From an uncultured bacterium (lineage in GTDB: Bacteria > Verrucomicrobiota > Verrucomicrobiia > Limisphaerales > UBA8199), in contig CAVVMW010000006.1 of assembly GCA_963749495.1 (NCBI GenBank), positions 1,056,001-1,120,000 of the forward strand: a stretch of 64,000 nt of DNA. The letters run 5' to 3'. How positions within the stretch are numbered: position 1 is the stretch's first letter; every line of letters begins with the position of its first letter. This document shows, in pieces, positions 21,580 through 33,300 of the stretch. The notes beneath the pieces are model-generated. The model was not told the DNA's origin and searched no databases. It saw nothing but the letters and a program-made list of their open reading frames with translations. The position numbers and the translations under genes were made by a program.

Positions 21580-21679
21580 CACACGGATCAACTGTGTCTA
21601 CGCCGCCCAACGAAAAACGGCACAGCACGCCAACGGCTTCTGACAGCACGGACAGAGCAGGGGCGGGATCGGCGCTGGG

Positions 21680-21911
21680 GTGGACGAAACCTCGATGGTG
21701 GACGTGCCGTTGATGAGCCATGTGCTCCGCGCCCTGCCTGCCAACGCCAGCCTGCTGCTGGTCGGGGATGTTGACCAGTTGCCCTCGGTCGGGCCGGGCA
21801 TGGTGCTCCGGCACATCATTGACAGCGGGCGTGCGCCTCGGGGCGGCCACCAGCCGCCCACCACGCCAGCCGGAAGACCTCCGTTAGCCGCACGACCGGC
21901 CCCACCCCGCT
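21680..21911. pseudogene. recD2: RecD2 central fragment, partly inverted
   Basis: + strand [29 protein letters not shown]; the continuation [14 protein letters not shown] lies on the - strand at 21865-21911. Confidence 0.8.
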
Positions 21912-22056
21912 GGGCTTACCCTGAGAAAGCGAAAAAGCGAAAAAGCCGGCTTGCCCGGCCGGCCTTGGTTGTGGCAATACAGAGGGGTTCCACTGTCGTG
22001 TGACAGCGTTCAGACGTTTGGCAGTCCCAGCAACAAGTTTCAGAGCGAGGCAAATC

Positions 22057-23236
22057 ATGAAACACGAGAGCAACATGAGCGGCGGTCCAGCTCCCGCTGG
22101 CCAGGAAGTGTCACGGAGGACCTTTGTAAAGAGTCTGGGTGCAATTGGGGTGGGCAGCGCCTTCCTTTCCCCCGGCGCGACCCGCCCGGCCCAAGCCCAG
22201 TACGGTCCGACGAGCGTCGATGGGCTTTCCCCCAAGCAACTCACCGACATGTACACCTCCATGCTCGAGATTCGTTTGTGGGAATCCAAAGTCAAAGATT
22301 TGCTCCTGTTGGGCGGCTTTCGCGGCGTTGCTCACCTGTATGTCGGGGAGGAAGCTGTTGCGGTGGGCGTGTGCAGCGCCCTGCGCAAAGACGACTACAT
22401 CGCGAGCAATCATCGTGGGCACGGCCACCTGATTGCCAAGGGGGGCGATCTCCGTCTCATGCTGGCGGAGATCACGCATAAAGCCACGGGCTACTGCAAG
22501 GGTTATGGCGGGTCGTTGCACATTACCGACATGAGCCTGGGCATCCTGGGCATGAACGGGATTGTTGGGGCGGCGCATCTCTTCGCTGCCGGGGCGGCCT
22601 ATGGCATTCGGGTGAAGGGAACAGAGCAGGTGGCAGTCAGCTTTGGCGGGGACGGTTCCATCCAAGGCAACTTCTTTTCCAGCGCGGCCAACAGCGCCGC
22701 CGTCTGGAAGCTCCCCTGGATTGGGGTCATCGAAAACAACAACTTCCAAATCTGGGTCCGGGCCTCAGACGTTTATGCCACCGCAGATTTGGCGCAACGG
22801 GCGGCGGGCTATGGGATCGAGGGGCGCGTGGTGGATGGCAATGACGTTCCTGGCGGTCTATAACATCGCCAAGTACGCCGTGAATAAGGCCCGTGCCGGC
22901 GGCGGTCCGACTATTATCGAGTGCAAGACCTATCGCTGGTATGACCACTATGGCGCGGGCGGCGCCCGGGTGGGGGTGGACGGGGCCTTCGGCCTGGGCT
23001 ACCGCTCCGACCGCGAATTGCGGGACTGGATGGCCAAGGACCCCATCCCGCGGTTCCGCAGGTTCCTGGTCAGCGAGAAGGTGCTCACCGAAGAGCGGGC
23101 CGATGAGCTGGTGGCGGAAGTTCGCCAAGTCGTCGAGGAGGCCGCCAGATTCGCCGAAGCGCAGCCGGTGCCCAAGCCGGAAGACGGTCTGCTGAACGTC
23201 TTCGCCAAAGGCGCGGTCCCGCTCCACACCAGTTAA
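22057..23236 (+). CDS. ThDP-dependent dehydrogenase E1 alpha subunit (AcoA/PdhA-like) with Tat signal; frameshift near 22849
   Basis: SRRTFVK..h-region..AQA; HLYVGEEA, HRGHGH, GGSLH, GDG...ENN ThDP motif, ECKTYR, DPI. Confidence 0.9.
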
Positions 23237-23256
23237 GAGGAAGGGAGGCCACTGCA

Positions 23257-24228
23257 ATGCCAAAGAACATGAACTATGCAATCCTGGAAGCCATCCAGGG
23301 TGAAATGCGGCGGGACAAGCTGTTGACGCTCTTTTATGAATACCAAACCCCGGCGGCCGGATGGGAGAACCGCACCATCAACCTGGAATCGGAGTTTGGC
23401 CGCTGGCGGGTGCGCTTCTGCGCGATCAACGAGCAGTGGATCGTCGGTGGCGTGCTGGGCATGTCGTTGAGCGGGGTGCCTGCCATCGCCCATATCCCAA
23501 GCATGACGACCTTCATCCCCTACGAACTGATGTTCAACCATGCGGGGAAACTCCGGCACATGACTGGCGGCCAGGCCTCCTTCCCGATGGTCCTGTGGGC
23601 GGACATGATGGGCCGGCAGCCGTTTCAGGCCGGCCAACACGCCGATGCGGGGCTGGAGTCTTCGTACGCCCGGCTGGCGGGCCTCAAGGTGGTGATTCCC
23701 TCGACGCCCTACGATGCCAAGGGCCTAATGATCTCTGCCATCCGCGACATGGACCCGGTCGTCTTCTGTCACTACTCCATGCCCTCGTCCGGCCCGGAGG
23801 TCCCAGATGAGCCCTACACGGTTCCAATCGGAGAGGCGGTAATCCGGCAGGAGGGGACCGACCTTACCATGGTTGGCTACGCCCCCCAGACGGCGCAGAT
23901 AGCCAAGGCAGTCGCGCAACTGGAGCAAGAGGGGGTCAGCGCGGAGTTCATCGATCCCCGGACGCTGGCGCCCTTGGAGGGGGTCATGGAAGCCATACTC
24001 AAGTCCGTGAAGAAGACCGGCAAGCTCCTGACTTCCGACGACGGGTCGTACAGCTTCTGCAATTGCGCCGAGATCATTGCGCGCGTGGCCGAGGCTGTGC
24101 CCGGAGTCAAGGTCAAGCGGTTGGCGTTCCCGGATGCTCCCCCGCCGGGGGCGCCCAAGATGATCAACTACATGCGGGTGGATGCGGCCAAGATCGTGGC
24201 CGCCGCAAGGAAGCTAGTGAGGGGTTAG
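23257..24228 (+). CDS. ThDP-dependent dehydrogenase E1 beta subunit (AcoB/PdhB-like), divergent
   Basis: AINEQ (catalytic Glu), KLRHMTGG, GQHA, GLKVVIPSTPYDAKGL, IDPRTLAPL, SVKKTGKL. Confidence 0.9.
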   Translation: MPKNMNYAILEAIQGEMRRDKLLTLFYEYQTPAAGWENRTINLESEFGRWRVRFCAINEQWIVGGVLGMSLSGVPAIAHIPSMTTFIPYELMFNHAGKLRHMTGGQASFPMVLWADMMGRQPFQAGQHADAGLESSYARLAGLKVVIPSTPYDAKGLMISAIRDMDPVVFCHYSMPSSGPEVPDEPYTVPIGEAVIRQEGTDLTMVGYAPQTAQIAKAVAQLEQEGVSAEFIDPRTLAPLEGVMEAILKSVKKTGKLLTSDDGSYSFCNCAEIIARVAEAVPGVKVKRLAFPDAPPPGAPKMINYMRVDAAKIVAAARKLVRG

Positions 24229-24529
24229 TGGTTCGACAGCCTCACTAAAACCTAACGAGCGCGCACGCTGCAAATGGCGCCAGCTTCGCGGCCTCGCCTT
24301 CGAGCGGAGTCCCGGAGACCGCATCCCGCCAGCCACCCTCACCCGCCGGTCGGCTCTGGTTATTCTCCAGCATTTGCACGCAGCTCAGTACGAGCGGCTT
24401 GCACTCAGGAGTTTATGCAACTGAGATCTCCCAAATCAGTTGGATTCGGTGTTCATTTCAACGTAAACGATTCCTGCTGCGGAAAAACCTGCTTGTCCCG
24501 GGTTCGGGCAAGGGCGTATTTCTTCGCTC

Positions 24530-25200
24530 ATGAAACAGCCATTGCCCTCCGCGGTTAAAACTGGTTCCCACCCCAGCTCTGCCAATCTCTCCCGCCGCGA
24601 GTTTACGCCGTGTAGCGGGGCGGCACTGGCGGGGTCGGCCCTGGCCGACGTGGCGGTCCCGCTTGTCCATGCGGCGGCCGGGAACACCATCCGGCTGGCG
24701 TTGATCGGATGCGGCGGGCGCGGCGGGGGGCGGCAGCCAACGCTTTCGATTCGCCCAACGGCCCGGTGAAACTCGTCGCGATGGCCGATCCCTTTGAAAA
24801 CCGGCTCGCCAGCGCGCACCAGGCTCTCTCCGCGCAATATCCGAACCACGTGGATGTGCCCCCGGACCGGCGGTTCACCGGTTTCGATGCCTACCGCAAG
24901 GCTATCGATTGCTTGCGCCCGGGCGATGCGGCCATGCTGACCGGTTATGCGGGGTTTCGTCCACGGCAACTGGAATATGCGGTGGAGAAAGGCGTGCATG
25001 TCTTCATGGAGAAATCGTTCGCTGCCGACCCGCCCGCGGTGCGGCGCGTGATCCAAGCCGGCGAGGCGGCGGAGAAGAAGAATCTCAAAATCGCAGCGGG
25101 TTTGCAGTGCCGCCACTCGCGTAACCGGCGCGAACTCATCCAGCGCATCCGGCAAGGGGAGCTGGGAGACCTGCAAGTCATTCGCGCCTACCGCATGCAG
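24530..25200 (+). pseudogene. Gfo/Idh/MocA oxidoreductase, frameshifted and 3' truncated
   Basis: Degenerate Tat leader; IRLALIGCGGRG, FTGFDAYRK, HVFMEKS, GLQCRHS; homology ends after IRAYRM. Confidence 0.8.
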
Positions 25201-25377
25201 GCCTGCGGCTGGCCCAGCCTCCGCTACTACAGCCGGGATTTGCGCTGGCGGCCTCAGGGCCAACTCGGCCGCTTCGTCCGGGTCAACCGTCATTTGGTCA
25301 AACGTCTCGCTCTGATGGCAGACCTCGCGCGGGCGCAGTATGGGACGTCCGCGTGGTGCCTCAAATCTCCACCAGGT

Positions 25378-26319
25378 TTACCGGAGAGAAAGAGTCTCCG
25401 ATTCCGCCGTGAACCTCGCGCAGGCCAGCCGGCAATATGCCCGCACGATCTCGATGCCGATACTGTTCCGGTTGGCTTTCGCCGCTGCCAGCAACGTCGT
25501 CCCTGAGCCGGCGAACGGGTCCAGAACGATGTCCCCGACAAAACTGAACATGCGCACGAGCCGTGAGGCCAGCTCCAGTGGGTAGGGCGCCGGATGCTCG
25601 CGGGTGCTTGCGCCTCTGAGTTTCCAGGTCTGCTGGAACCACTCGCGAAACTCCGCTTTTGGGATTTGGCTTAGCTCACGCTGCTCTTTTGTCGGCTGGC
25701 GATACCCGCCAGGTTTTCGCTGCATCAGGATAAACTCCATGTCGTTCTTAATGATGGCGTTGGGCTGGTACGGTTTGCCGAGGAATTTACTGCATCGGTT
25801 GGCCTCGAATGCGGCATTGGAAATCTTGAGCCAAAGGATCGGGTTCAGGTTGTCGAAACCGATTTTCCGACAGGCCACGGTGATGTCGGCATGCAGGGGC
25901 ATCACCAGATGGCGGCCATGTTCGCGGCGTGAAAGGCACACATCTCCGACGACGCAAACCAACCGGCCGCCCGGAACCAGAACTCGGTAGCAGTGGCGCC
26001 AGACCTTGTTCAGCTCCTCGATGAATTGGTCGTAGTCTTCGATGAGTCCCATTTGACCCGGGTGGGGCTGGTATTGTTTCAGCGTCCAATAGGGCGGGGA
26101 GGTTGCCACGAGGTGCACGCTCGCGTCCGCGAGAAACGAAAGGTCGCGGGCATCTCCGCAGACCAACCGGTGTTCAGTTTTGCCGGTGGGGGAGGCGAGC
26201 GGGAAATCCGGGAAGTCGATATTCGTCTTTTGCATCGGCTGAAAAGAACCGAAAAACTTCAGGCCTCCTGGATGAGGCTGAAGGCTGCTTCTTGTCGGGG
26301 TGAGAGCCGTGGGCGTCAT
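25378..26319 (-). CDS. Orphan N4-C/N6-A DNA methyltransferase, beta class
   Basis: TSPPY precedes [17 protein letters not shown]...SIGIE; no adjacent endonuclease seen. Confidence 0.92.
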   Translation of the reverse strand: MTPTALTPTRSSLQPHPGGLKFFGSFQPMQKTNIDFPDFPLASPTGKTEHRLVCGDARDLSFLADASVHLVATSPPYWTLKQYQPHPGQMGLIEDYDQFIEELNKVWRHCYRVLVPGGRLVCVVGDVCLSRREHGRHLVMPLHADITVACRKIGFDNLNPILWLKISNAAFEANRCSKFLGKPYQPNAIIKNDMEFILMQRKPGGYRQPTKEQRELSQIPKAEFREWFQQTWKLRGASTREHPAPYPLELASRLVRMFSFVGDIVLDPFAGSGTTLLAAAKANRNSIGIEIVRAYCRLACARFTAESETLSLR

Positions 26320-26803
26320 CGTTGTCTATGGTCCCAGCGAACCCTGAGGCGGCTGCGGTCCAGCCAGAGCGTGCGATTTACTTCGCGAACGGGTGTTTTT
26401 GTCTCTTTGCGTCGCATGGTTTTTCGCCTTTCTGCTTTTGTTGTTTCTGTGATGCCGCCCAACTACGAGTGGGCCAGTGTTTCGGGTCTTCCTTTTGATT
26501 GGGGAGCCGAGGTCCCCCTCCGCGCCGGAGGAAACCGTGGGGGGCAACGCACGTGCCGAGAGCGGTGTCGGCAAAGAGGTGGCGTGGCTGTATCCGTGGG
26601 CAAGCCTGCCGGCATCCGATGGAGTAGCCCATGAAGCGGATAGGGGAAACGCGGCCAGGCGGGAACCATCAAACTCACCGCAAAATCCGACGGCCTCAAG
26701 ACGGCCAGCGTAACGATTAGAGCCAGGCTGGCGGACTGACTCCACCCGGGGCCGAGGCCTCCTATTCAAACTGGGCCCATCAATACTCTGCCAGACGTTG
26801 GCT

Positions 26804-26910
26804 GTGAATCATCTCCGCCAGGTCGCCAACGCTCCGAGCAAACCGGTGGTGCTTTACGACGGTGATTGCCGCTTTTGTGTGCTCTGGGTGCGGCGATGGG
26901 CGCAAACTTG
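26804..26910 (+). pseudogene. DCC1-like thiol-disulfide oxidoreductase N-terminal fragment
   Basis: KPVVLYDGDCRFCVLWVRRW (DxxCxxC), then an abrupt end. Confidence 0.7.
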
Positions 26911-27011
26911 CTGAGGGAACATACCATTGTGCGCTCGGGTTTTGCGTGAGCCCTTCAGCTTTGCCGATTGAAGGTTCTCTGTTAGTCTCAGCACCAAACG
27001 TTGTGATCGAT

Positions 27012-30000
27012 ATGGATTGGAAGCGCCTTCTGGCCTACATCACCGGACCCGTTGAGGGCCACGTTTTCAGGGCGGTACTGTCGCTGCTGGCTCTGACCTG
27101 TCCGGCCGCCGCCGCTGAACCACCCCTCCAATACACCACCGCCGCGTGGCCGCCCGTGGGTCTCGGCAACCTCCGGGCGCGCCTTACGGTGGCCGAAAGA
27201 GCCGACGTAGTATGGGCTCGCATCCCCTGGCGGCGCCGGGACTCAAACCCCGGACACAAGGACACCATCGTGGTGGACGCCACCACGGGAAAGCGGGTCG
27301 CGAACGTGGTCCGAGTCAGCGTGTCCCGCGAATGCGGCAACCTGCTTTTCCAACCGCCAACGGCCCCCGGCCAATATTATGTTTATTACCTGCCTTTCCG
27401 GACCGCCGGACAATGGTATTTCCCCAGCACACTCTACCTGGCGCCCACCAATACGGCTGAGCAGGCATGGTCCGCAGCCTGCGCCGCAGCGGCGGAACAG
27501 ATTAACGCGGGCCAATCACCTCCACTGCCTGCGGCCCAAGTGCTGGAAATCCAGGCCATCGATGACTTTCATCGCTTCGACCCGATGGAGATCATTCCGA
27601 CAGCCCAAGAAATGAAACAGTTCCTGGCCGAGCACGGCAGCCGGCCTTTCCTGGTGTTTCTCGAGGACCGCCGTTACCCGATCCGGATGACGCAGGAATT
27701 GCCCCTGCGCTGGGTGCAAAGGGGCCCCGCCCAGCCGTTCGCCGGGCAGGCTTGCAGGGGTGAGTTCTACTCCTTCCAGGCCGGCGTGTATGCCTGCGGC
27801 CAATCTCTCGAGAACGTGGCGGTCACTTTCAGCGATCTCACTGGAACCGACGGAGGCCGGATCCCGGCCGCTGCGTTGCGCTGCTTTAACCTGGCGGGCA
27901 CCAACTGGCTTGGAATGCGGGTTAGCAAGTCAATCCATGTCGCCAAAGGGCTGGTCCAAGCGCTCTGGTTCGGTCTCCAGGTCCCGAAAGAGGCCCCCGC
28001 CCAAACGTATCGGGGCACGGCAACATTCGGCGCCGGCAACGTGCCCGCCTTCCCCGTGAAGTTCGAACTCAAGGTATCCGAGCGCGTGCTGGCGGACGCC
28101 GGAGACAGCGACCTCCCACGCCAGTCCCGGTTGCGCTGGCTGGACTCGACTATCGGCCTGGATGACGAAGTCTTCGCCCCTTACTCGCCGGTAGCCGTGG
28201 AGGACCATACGGTCGCCGTTTTGGGCCGCAAGGTTCACTTTAGTGATTGCGGGTTGCTCGACAGCGTCATCAGCACGTTCTCGCGGAACATCAACGCCCT
28301 GGACGCCCCGGCCCGGGAACTCCTCGCCGGGCCGATGGCTTTCGTCGTCGAGACCCCTGCCGGATCGCTCGACTGGAAGGGAGGGCGCCCCAGAATCCTC
28401 ACACAAACCACCGGGGCCGTCACCTGGGAAGCGGTGTCGGCTGCCGGGCCGTTAGCGCTTGAATGCGTGGCCAAGATGGAGTGTGACGGTTACATCAACT
28501 TCAAGCTGGCGTTGCGCGCCAGCCAGACTGTCGATCTCAAGGATGTGCGCCTGGAAATCCCGCTGCGCCGGGAACTGGCCACCTACATGATGGGCATGGG
28601 CTGCAAAGGCGGCTATCGCCCGGCCTCCTGGCAGTGGCAGTGGGACCCGGCCCGCTCCAATAATCAACTCTGGATCGGCAACGTGGACGTCGGTCTGAGC
28701 TGCAAGCTCAAGCATGTCGAGGACCGCTGGGACTTGGCGAACCTGAAGGAGTCGGGGCCCTATCGCGACTGGAGCAACAACGGCCGCGGCGGCTGCCGGG
28801 TGGAGGAGGCCGGCGACCGGGTGGTCATCCGGGCCTACACCGGCCCACGCAAAGCCGAGCCAGGGGAGGTCCTCCATTTTAACTTAGGCTTACTGGTTAC
28901 GCCGGTGAAGTTGCTGGACAAAGCTCACTGGCATTGGCGGTACTTTCACCGGGAAAGTTCGAGCCCCATCCCGGAAATCGCCGACACCGGCGCGACGCTC
29001 ATCAACCTGCACCAGGGTGACGCGCTCAACCCCTACATCAACTATCCCTTTCTCACACTGGACAAGCTCTCGGCCTATACGCGCGAGGCGCATGCCCGGC
29101 AAATGAAGGTCAAGCTCTACTACACCATCCGCGAACTGAGCAACTATACGGCCGAGTTCTGGGCCTTGCGCAGCCTGGGCACCGAGGTCTTCATCGACGG
29201 CCCGGGCTTTCATCTGGCCGATCAGTTCTCGGAAAACCGGGCCGGCCAGCCCCTGCCAAAGACCGGTGATTCCTGGCTCTGCGAACATGTGGTCAACCAT
29301 TATGTGCCGGCGTGGCACACGCCCCTGGGCAACGGCCGCATCGATGCGGCGATCGCCACCACCGGCCTGTCCCGCTGGCACAATTACTACCTCGAGGGCC
29401 TGGGTTGGCTGATCCGCAACGCGGGCATCGATGGCCTCTACCTCGATGGCGTGGGCTATGATCGCGAGATCATGAAGCGCGTGCGCAAGGTCATGCAGCA
29501 GTCCCGCCAAGGTTGCCTGATCGATTTTCACAGCGGCAACAACTACCATCTGGAATACGGCCTGAACAATTGCGCCAACCAATACCTGGAGCTGTTCCCT
29601 TGCATCGACAGCCTCTGGTTCGGCGAAGGATTTGATTACAACGAGTCCCCCGACTATTGGCTCATCGAGATCGCGGGGATTCCTTACGGGCTTTTTGGTG
29701 AGATGCTGCAGGATGGCGGCAATCCCTGGCGCGGCATGTTGTTTGGCATGACCGGCAGGCTGGGATGGGGCGGTAATCCGCAGGCAATCTGGAAGGTGTG
29801 GGATGAGTTCGGCATCCAGGATGCCAAAATGTCCGGTTTCTGGGACCCGCTGTGCCCGGTCAAGACCGGCTTGACCAATGTCCTGGCTACGGCATACGTC
29901 AAAAAAGGCAAGACCCTGGTCTCGCTGGCGAGTTGGGCTGCTGATACAAACAAGGTGCGCCTGGCGATCAACTGCGCAGCGTTGGGCCTGGACCCGAACA

Positions 30001-30131
30001 AGGCGAGCCTCTACGCGCCCTCCATCCGGAGTTTTCAGCCAGAGGCAATATTCAAGCTCGGCGACAACATCCCGGCCAAGCCGGGAAAAGGCTGGTTGCT
30101 CCTGCTGGACGAAGCAGAGCACAGGAAATGA
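27012..30131 (+). CDS. DUF6067-family putative glycoside hydrolase
   Basis: IPWRRRD, SRLRWLDS, NPYINYPF, YYTIRELSN, SRWHNYY, DGLYLD, IDFHSGN, SLWFGEGFDY. The true start is uncertain and the first about 14 codons look foreign. Confidence 0.8.
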   Translation: MDWKRLLAYITGPVEGHVFRAVLSLLALTCPAAAAEPPLQYTTAAWPPVGLGNLRARLTVAERADVVWARIPWRRRDSNPGHKDTIVVDATTGKRVANVVRVSVSRECGNLLFQPPTAPGQYYVYYLPFRTAGQWYFPSTLYLAPTNTAEQAWSAACAAAAEQINAGQSPPLPAAQVLEIQAIDDFHRFDPMEIIPTAQEMKQFLAEHGSRPFLVFLEDRRYPIRMTQELPLRWVQRGPAQPFAGQACRGEFYSFQAGVYACGQSLENVAVTFSDLTGTDGGRIPAAALRCFNLAGTNWLGMRVSKSIHVAKGLVQALWFGLQVPKEAPAQTYRGTATFGAGNVPAFPVKFELKVSERVLADAGDSDLPRQSRLRWLDSTIGLDDEVFAPYSPVAVEDHTVAVLGRKVHFSDCGLLDSVISTFSRNINALDAPARELLAGPMAFVVETPAGSLDWKGGRPRILTQTTGAVTWEAVSAAGPLALECVAKMECDGYINFKLALRASQTVDLKDVRLEIPLRRELATYMMGMGCKGGYRPASWQWQWDPARSNNQLWIGNVDVGLSCKLKHVEDRWDLANLKESGPYRDWSNNGRGGCRVEEAGDRVVIRAYTGPRKAEPGEVLHFNLGLLVTPVKLLDKAHWHWRYFHRESSSPIPEIADTGATLINLHQGDALNPYINYPFLTLDKLSAYTREAHARQMKVKLYYTIRELSNYTAEFWALRSLGTEVFIDGPGFHLADQFSENRAGQPLPKTGDSWLCEHVVNHYVPAWHTPLGNGRIDAAIATTGLSRWHNYYLEGLGWLIRNAGIDGLYLDGVGYDREIMKRVRKVMQQSRQGCLIDFHSGNNYHLEYGLNNCANQYLELFPCIDSLWFGEGFDYNESPDYWLIEIAGIPYGLFGEMLQDGGNPWRGMLFGMTGRLGWGGNPQAIWKVWDEFGIQDAKMSGFWDPLCPVKTGLTNVLATAYVKKGKTLVSLASWAADTNKVRLAINCAALGLDPNKASLYAPSIRSFQPEAIFKLGDNIPAKPGKGWLLLLDEAEHRK

Positions 30132-30320
30132 ACGCCAGGGCCAACAGCGAGGACTTCTCCGAGCCCGGACCGGAAGGGGGTTGCACCATCAGGCAGTTGC
30201 AGGTTTTCGGCATGCCATGAACTCAACATGGTCGCCCGAGAGCGATGTTTCTTGGAAGGGCCCGCCTTGCCCGGCCAGTTGAAACATTGAGCTTGCGCCC
30301 GTTCTGCGGCGCCACGCAGA

Positions 30321-33300
30321 ATGGCGTTCCACATGACTACCGGCACACTTCACCCCGTTCACGAGGCCCCACGCAGCTTCCGGCCGAGCATCAAGGGCAC
30401 ACTGCTCGGCAGCGCTATTCTGGCGGCGCTGGCAGTCTCTTTGGCCGGCCACGCGGCGGAACCGCTCGAACCTCTTTGGCGGGTTGGCCAGGCCGACCAG
30501 CGTGCCACTGAGTTTGCCCTGGCGCCCACAAACTACACGGCCTTCCTGCAACGGTTCGGCAGTCCGGATCAGGCCTATTACGTTGGCCTGTCCAGGCCGG
30601 AGAACGACTGGCCTTACATTCTGCCCGGACCACTGGATGGCTGGGGCGGCAGCAGCGGCAACGGACGATGGGATCAAATGAACACGTTGCCGGTCGGGTT
30701 CGTGCTGGCGCAAACGGCGGCAACGGGCCAATGCGCCCTTGCTATCAACGTCGCAGAAACACCGCCCCAACACCCGCCCAGGTTGAGAGTCACGGTCAAT
30801 GGCGCGGTGTTTGAAGAGGAACTGCGGCCGGGCGGCAGCGATGACTCTCCGCGCGGCAACATGATTTCGGCCAAACCGCAGGTGGTTCGGGTCGAGTTTC
30901 CGGCCTCGATGCTGCGGCTGGGCTACAATGAAATCGCGCTGCGCATTACGGCCGGAAGTTGGCTGATGTTTGACTCGCTGCGTCTGGAGACCCCGGCGGA
31001 GTTCCGGCTGGCTCCGGCAGCGAGCACCATTATTCGCTCCGTTTCGACTGCCCCATACGCGGTGTCAGACAACAAAGAGTCACCCGCCACCCTTCGAGTA
31101 GAACTGTTCCGCGCGGGCTCACGCGGAAAGCTTAAGGTTGAAATGGACCACGGTGAAACGCAGGAGCCGGAGATCGAACCCGGCTTGCAGGTCCTTGAAC
31201 TTCCGGCGCCGGCCTCGCCCCCCGGCGAAATGACCCGTGTCCGCTTGAGCTCCGACGGCCAGTCGCTGGGGGAAACCCGGTTGGCCCTGCGAGCCTCCGC
31301 CCTCGCAACGCCGGCCGATTACGTGGACGTCTTCAAGGGGACGGCCCATTCGCGGTGGATGATCGCCCCGGGACCGTGGATGCCCTTCAGCATGGTGAAG
31401 ATCTCTCCGGACAACCAGACCCAAGGTTGGTGCGCCGGCTATGAGTATTCGATCGAAGCGATCAACTGTTTCAGTCACATTCACGAATGGACCATGGCGG
31501 GGCTGGGCATGATGCCGACGGCCGGGCCGCTTCGCACAAAACCCGGCCTCGACGGGGCCGGCTACAGTTCCCGCTTCGACAAGGCCACGGAGCGAGGTGG
31601 CATCGGCTTTTATGAGGTGCTCCTTAAGGACAGCGGCATTCGCGTGGAGCTGAGCGCGACGACGCGGGCCAGTTTGCAGCGCTACACTTTTCCGGCGAGC
31701 GACCAGGCGCGGGTGCTTTTCGATTTCCTGATTCCGGCGGAATACCAGATGCATGTGCTCGGCGCCGAAGCGCGCCGCACGGGCCCTGCTGAGATTTCGG
31801 GGACCATCCGGACCGCTGTGCCAGAGCTCCCCTACAACGGCGATCAGCACTACGATCTGCATTTCGTGGCCCAATTCAACCGCCCGTTTGACAGCCTGGG
31901 CGGCTGGCAAGGCCAACGAGTCGTTACCAACGCCCAAGACCTGAAAGAATCGGGCCATTGCGGCGCATTCGCGGAATTCAAGACGGGCGCCGGCGAGAAG
32001 GTCCTGGTGCGTACCGGTATTTCCCTGGTGAGCGTGGCCAACGCCCGGCTCAACCTCGAGCAGGAGATGGCCCAGCCCTTCGGGTGGGACTTCGCAGCCG
32101 TGGTGTCGAACCAGCGCTGCGTCTGGAACCAGTTGTTCGATCGCGTGGAAATTACGACATCCGACGCCCGGGAGAAAAGCCGGTTCTATTCCAACCTTTA
32201 CCGCGCCCTGAGCGGCCGCAACACCTGGAGCGACGCCAATGGGCAGTGGACCGATCCCGATGGGCGCCGCCAGAAGCTCGACGACCCCGACACGGTTATG
32301 CTGGGTTCCGATGCATTGTGGACGACCTTTTGGAACCTGAACCAAGTGATGAACTTGCTGGCCCCCGAGTGGTCCGCGCGGTGGACCAAATCGGAACTCC
32401 AACTCTATGACAAATGCGGCTGGCTATCCAAGGGCCCGGGGGGGTTGAAATATATCAGTGTGATGGTGGCTGAGCATGAGATTCCCCTCATGGTCGCGGC
32501 CTGCCAGCATGGGGTCAAAGGCCTGGACGCCAGGAAAGTGCTCGAGGCGGCTCTAAAGATGCAAACGAGGCTTCCGCAGTTGTATCCCGCCGGTGGCGCC
32601 GTCGGCAACGAGAACCTCGAGAACTACCTCAAGTATGGCTACGTCGCCGAGGACGGGCCGGTGGTGCAAGGCCCTGTCAAAGGCGAATGGCGCAAATCCT
32701 GGTGTTCCAACACCTACGAGTACGCCTACGACAACTGGTGCGTCGCGCAACTCGCCCTGGCGCTCGGACGCAAGGACATCGCGGACCAGTTCTTGAAACG
32801 TTCGCGGAGTTGGCGAAACGTCTTCGATCCGGAGACCGGATTTGCCCGGCCGCGCAAGGCCAACGGCCAATGGGTCACTCCGTTCGATCCGTATCGGACG
32901 CCAGGTTTTGTAGAAGGCAACGCATGGCAATACACGTGGTTTGTCCCGCAGGATGTGCCGGGCCTGGTCGAGGCCATGGGGCGCGACCGATTCATCAGCC
33001 GGCTAACCGAGGCCTTCGAGAAGTCCGCCCCCACCCGCTTCAACGCCGCGGGCGAACGTTTTGCCGACTACCCTATCAATCAGGGCAACCAACCGACCAT
33101 GCACGCTGCCTGGCTGTTCAACTGGGCCGGAAAACCTCGGATGAGCCAGGAGTGGGTGCGGGCAGTTTTGGGGGCCTACTACGGCCATAACCCGGCCGAT
33201 GCTTACCTTGGCGATGAAGACCAGGGCCAGATGAGTGCCTGGTTTGTGATGTCTTCGCTCGGCTTGTTTCAAACCGATGGCGGCTGCCGGGTCAGTCCGA

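Noticed and set aside
25378..26319. Complete restriction-modification system
   Set aside because: No recognisable endonuclease is adjacent.
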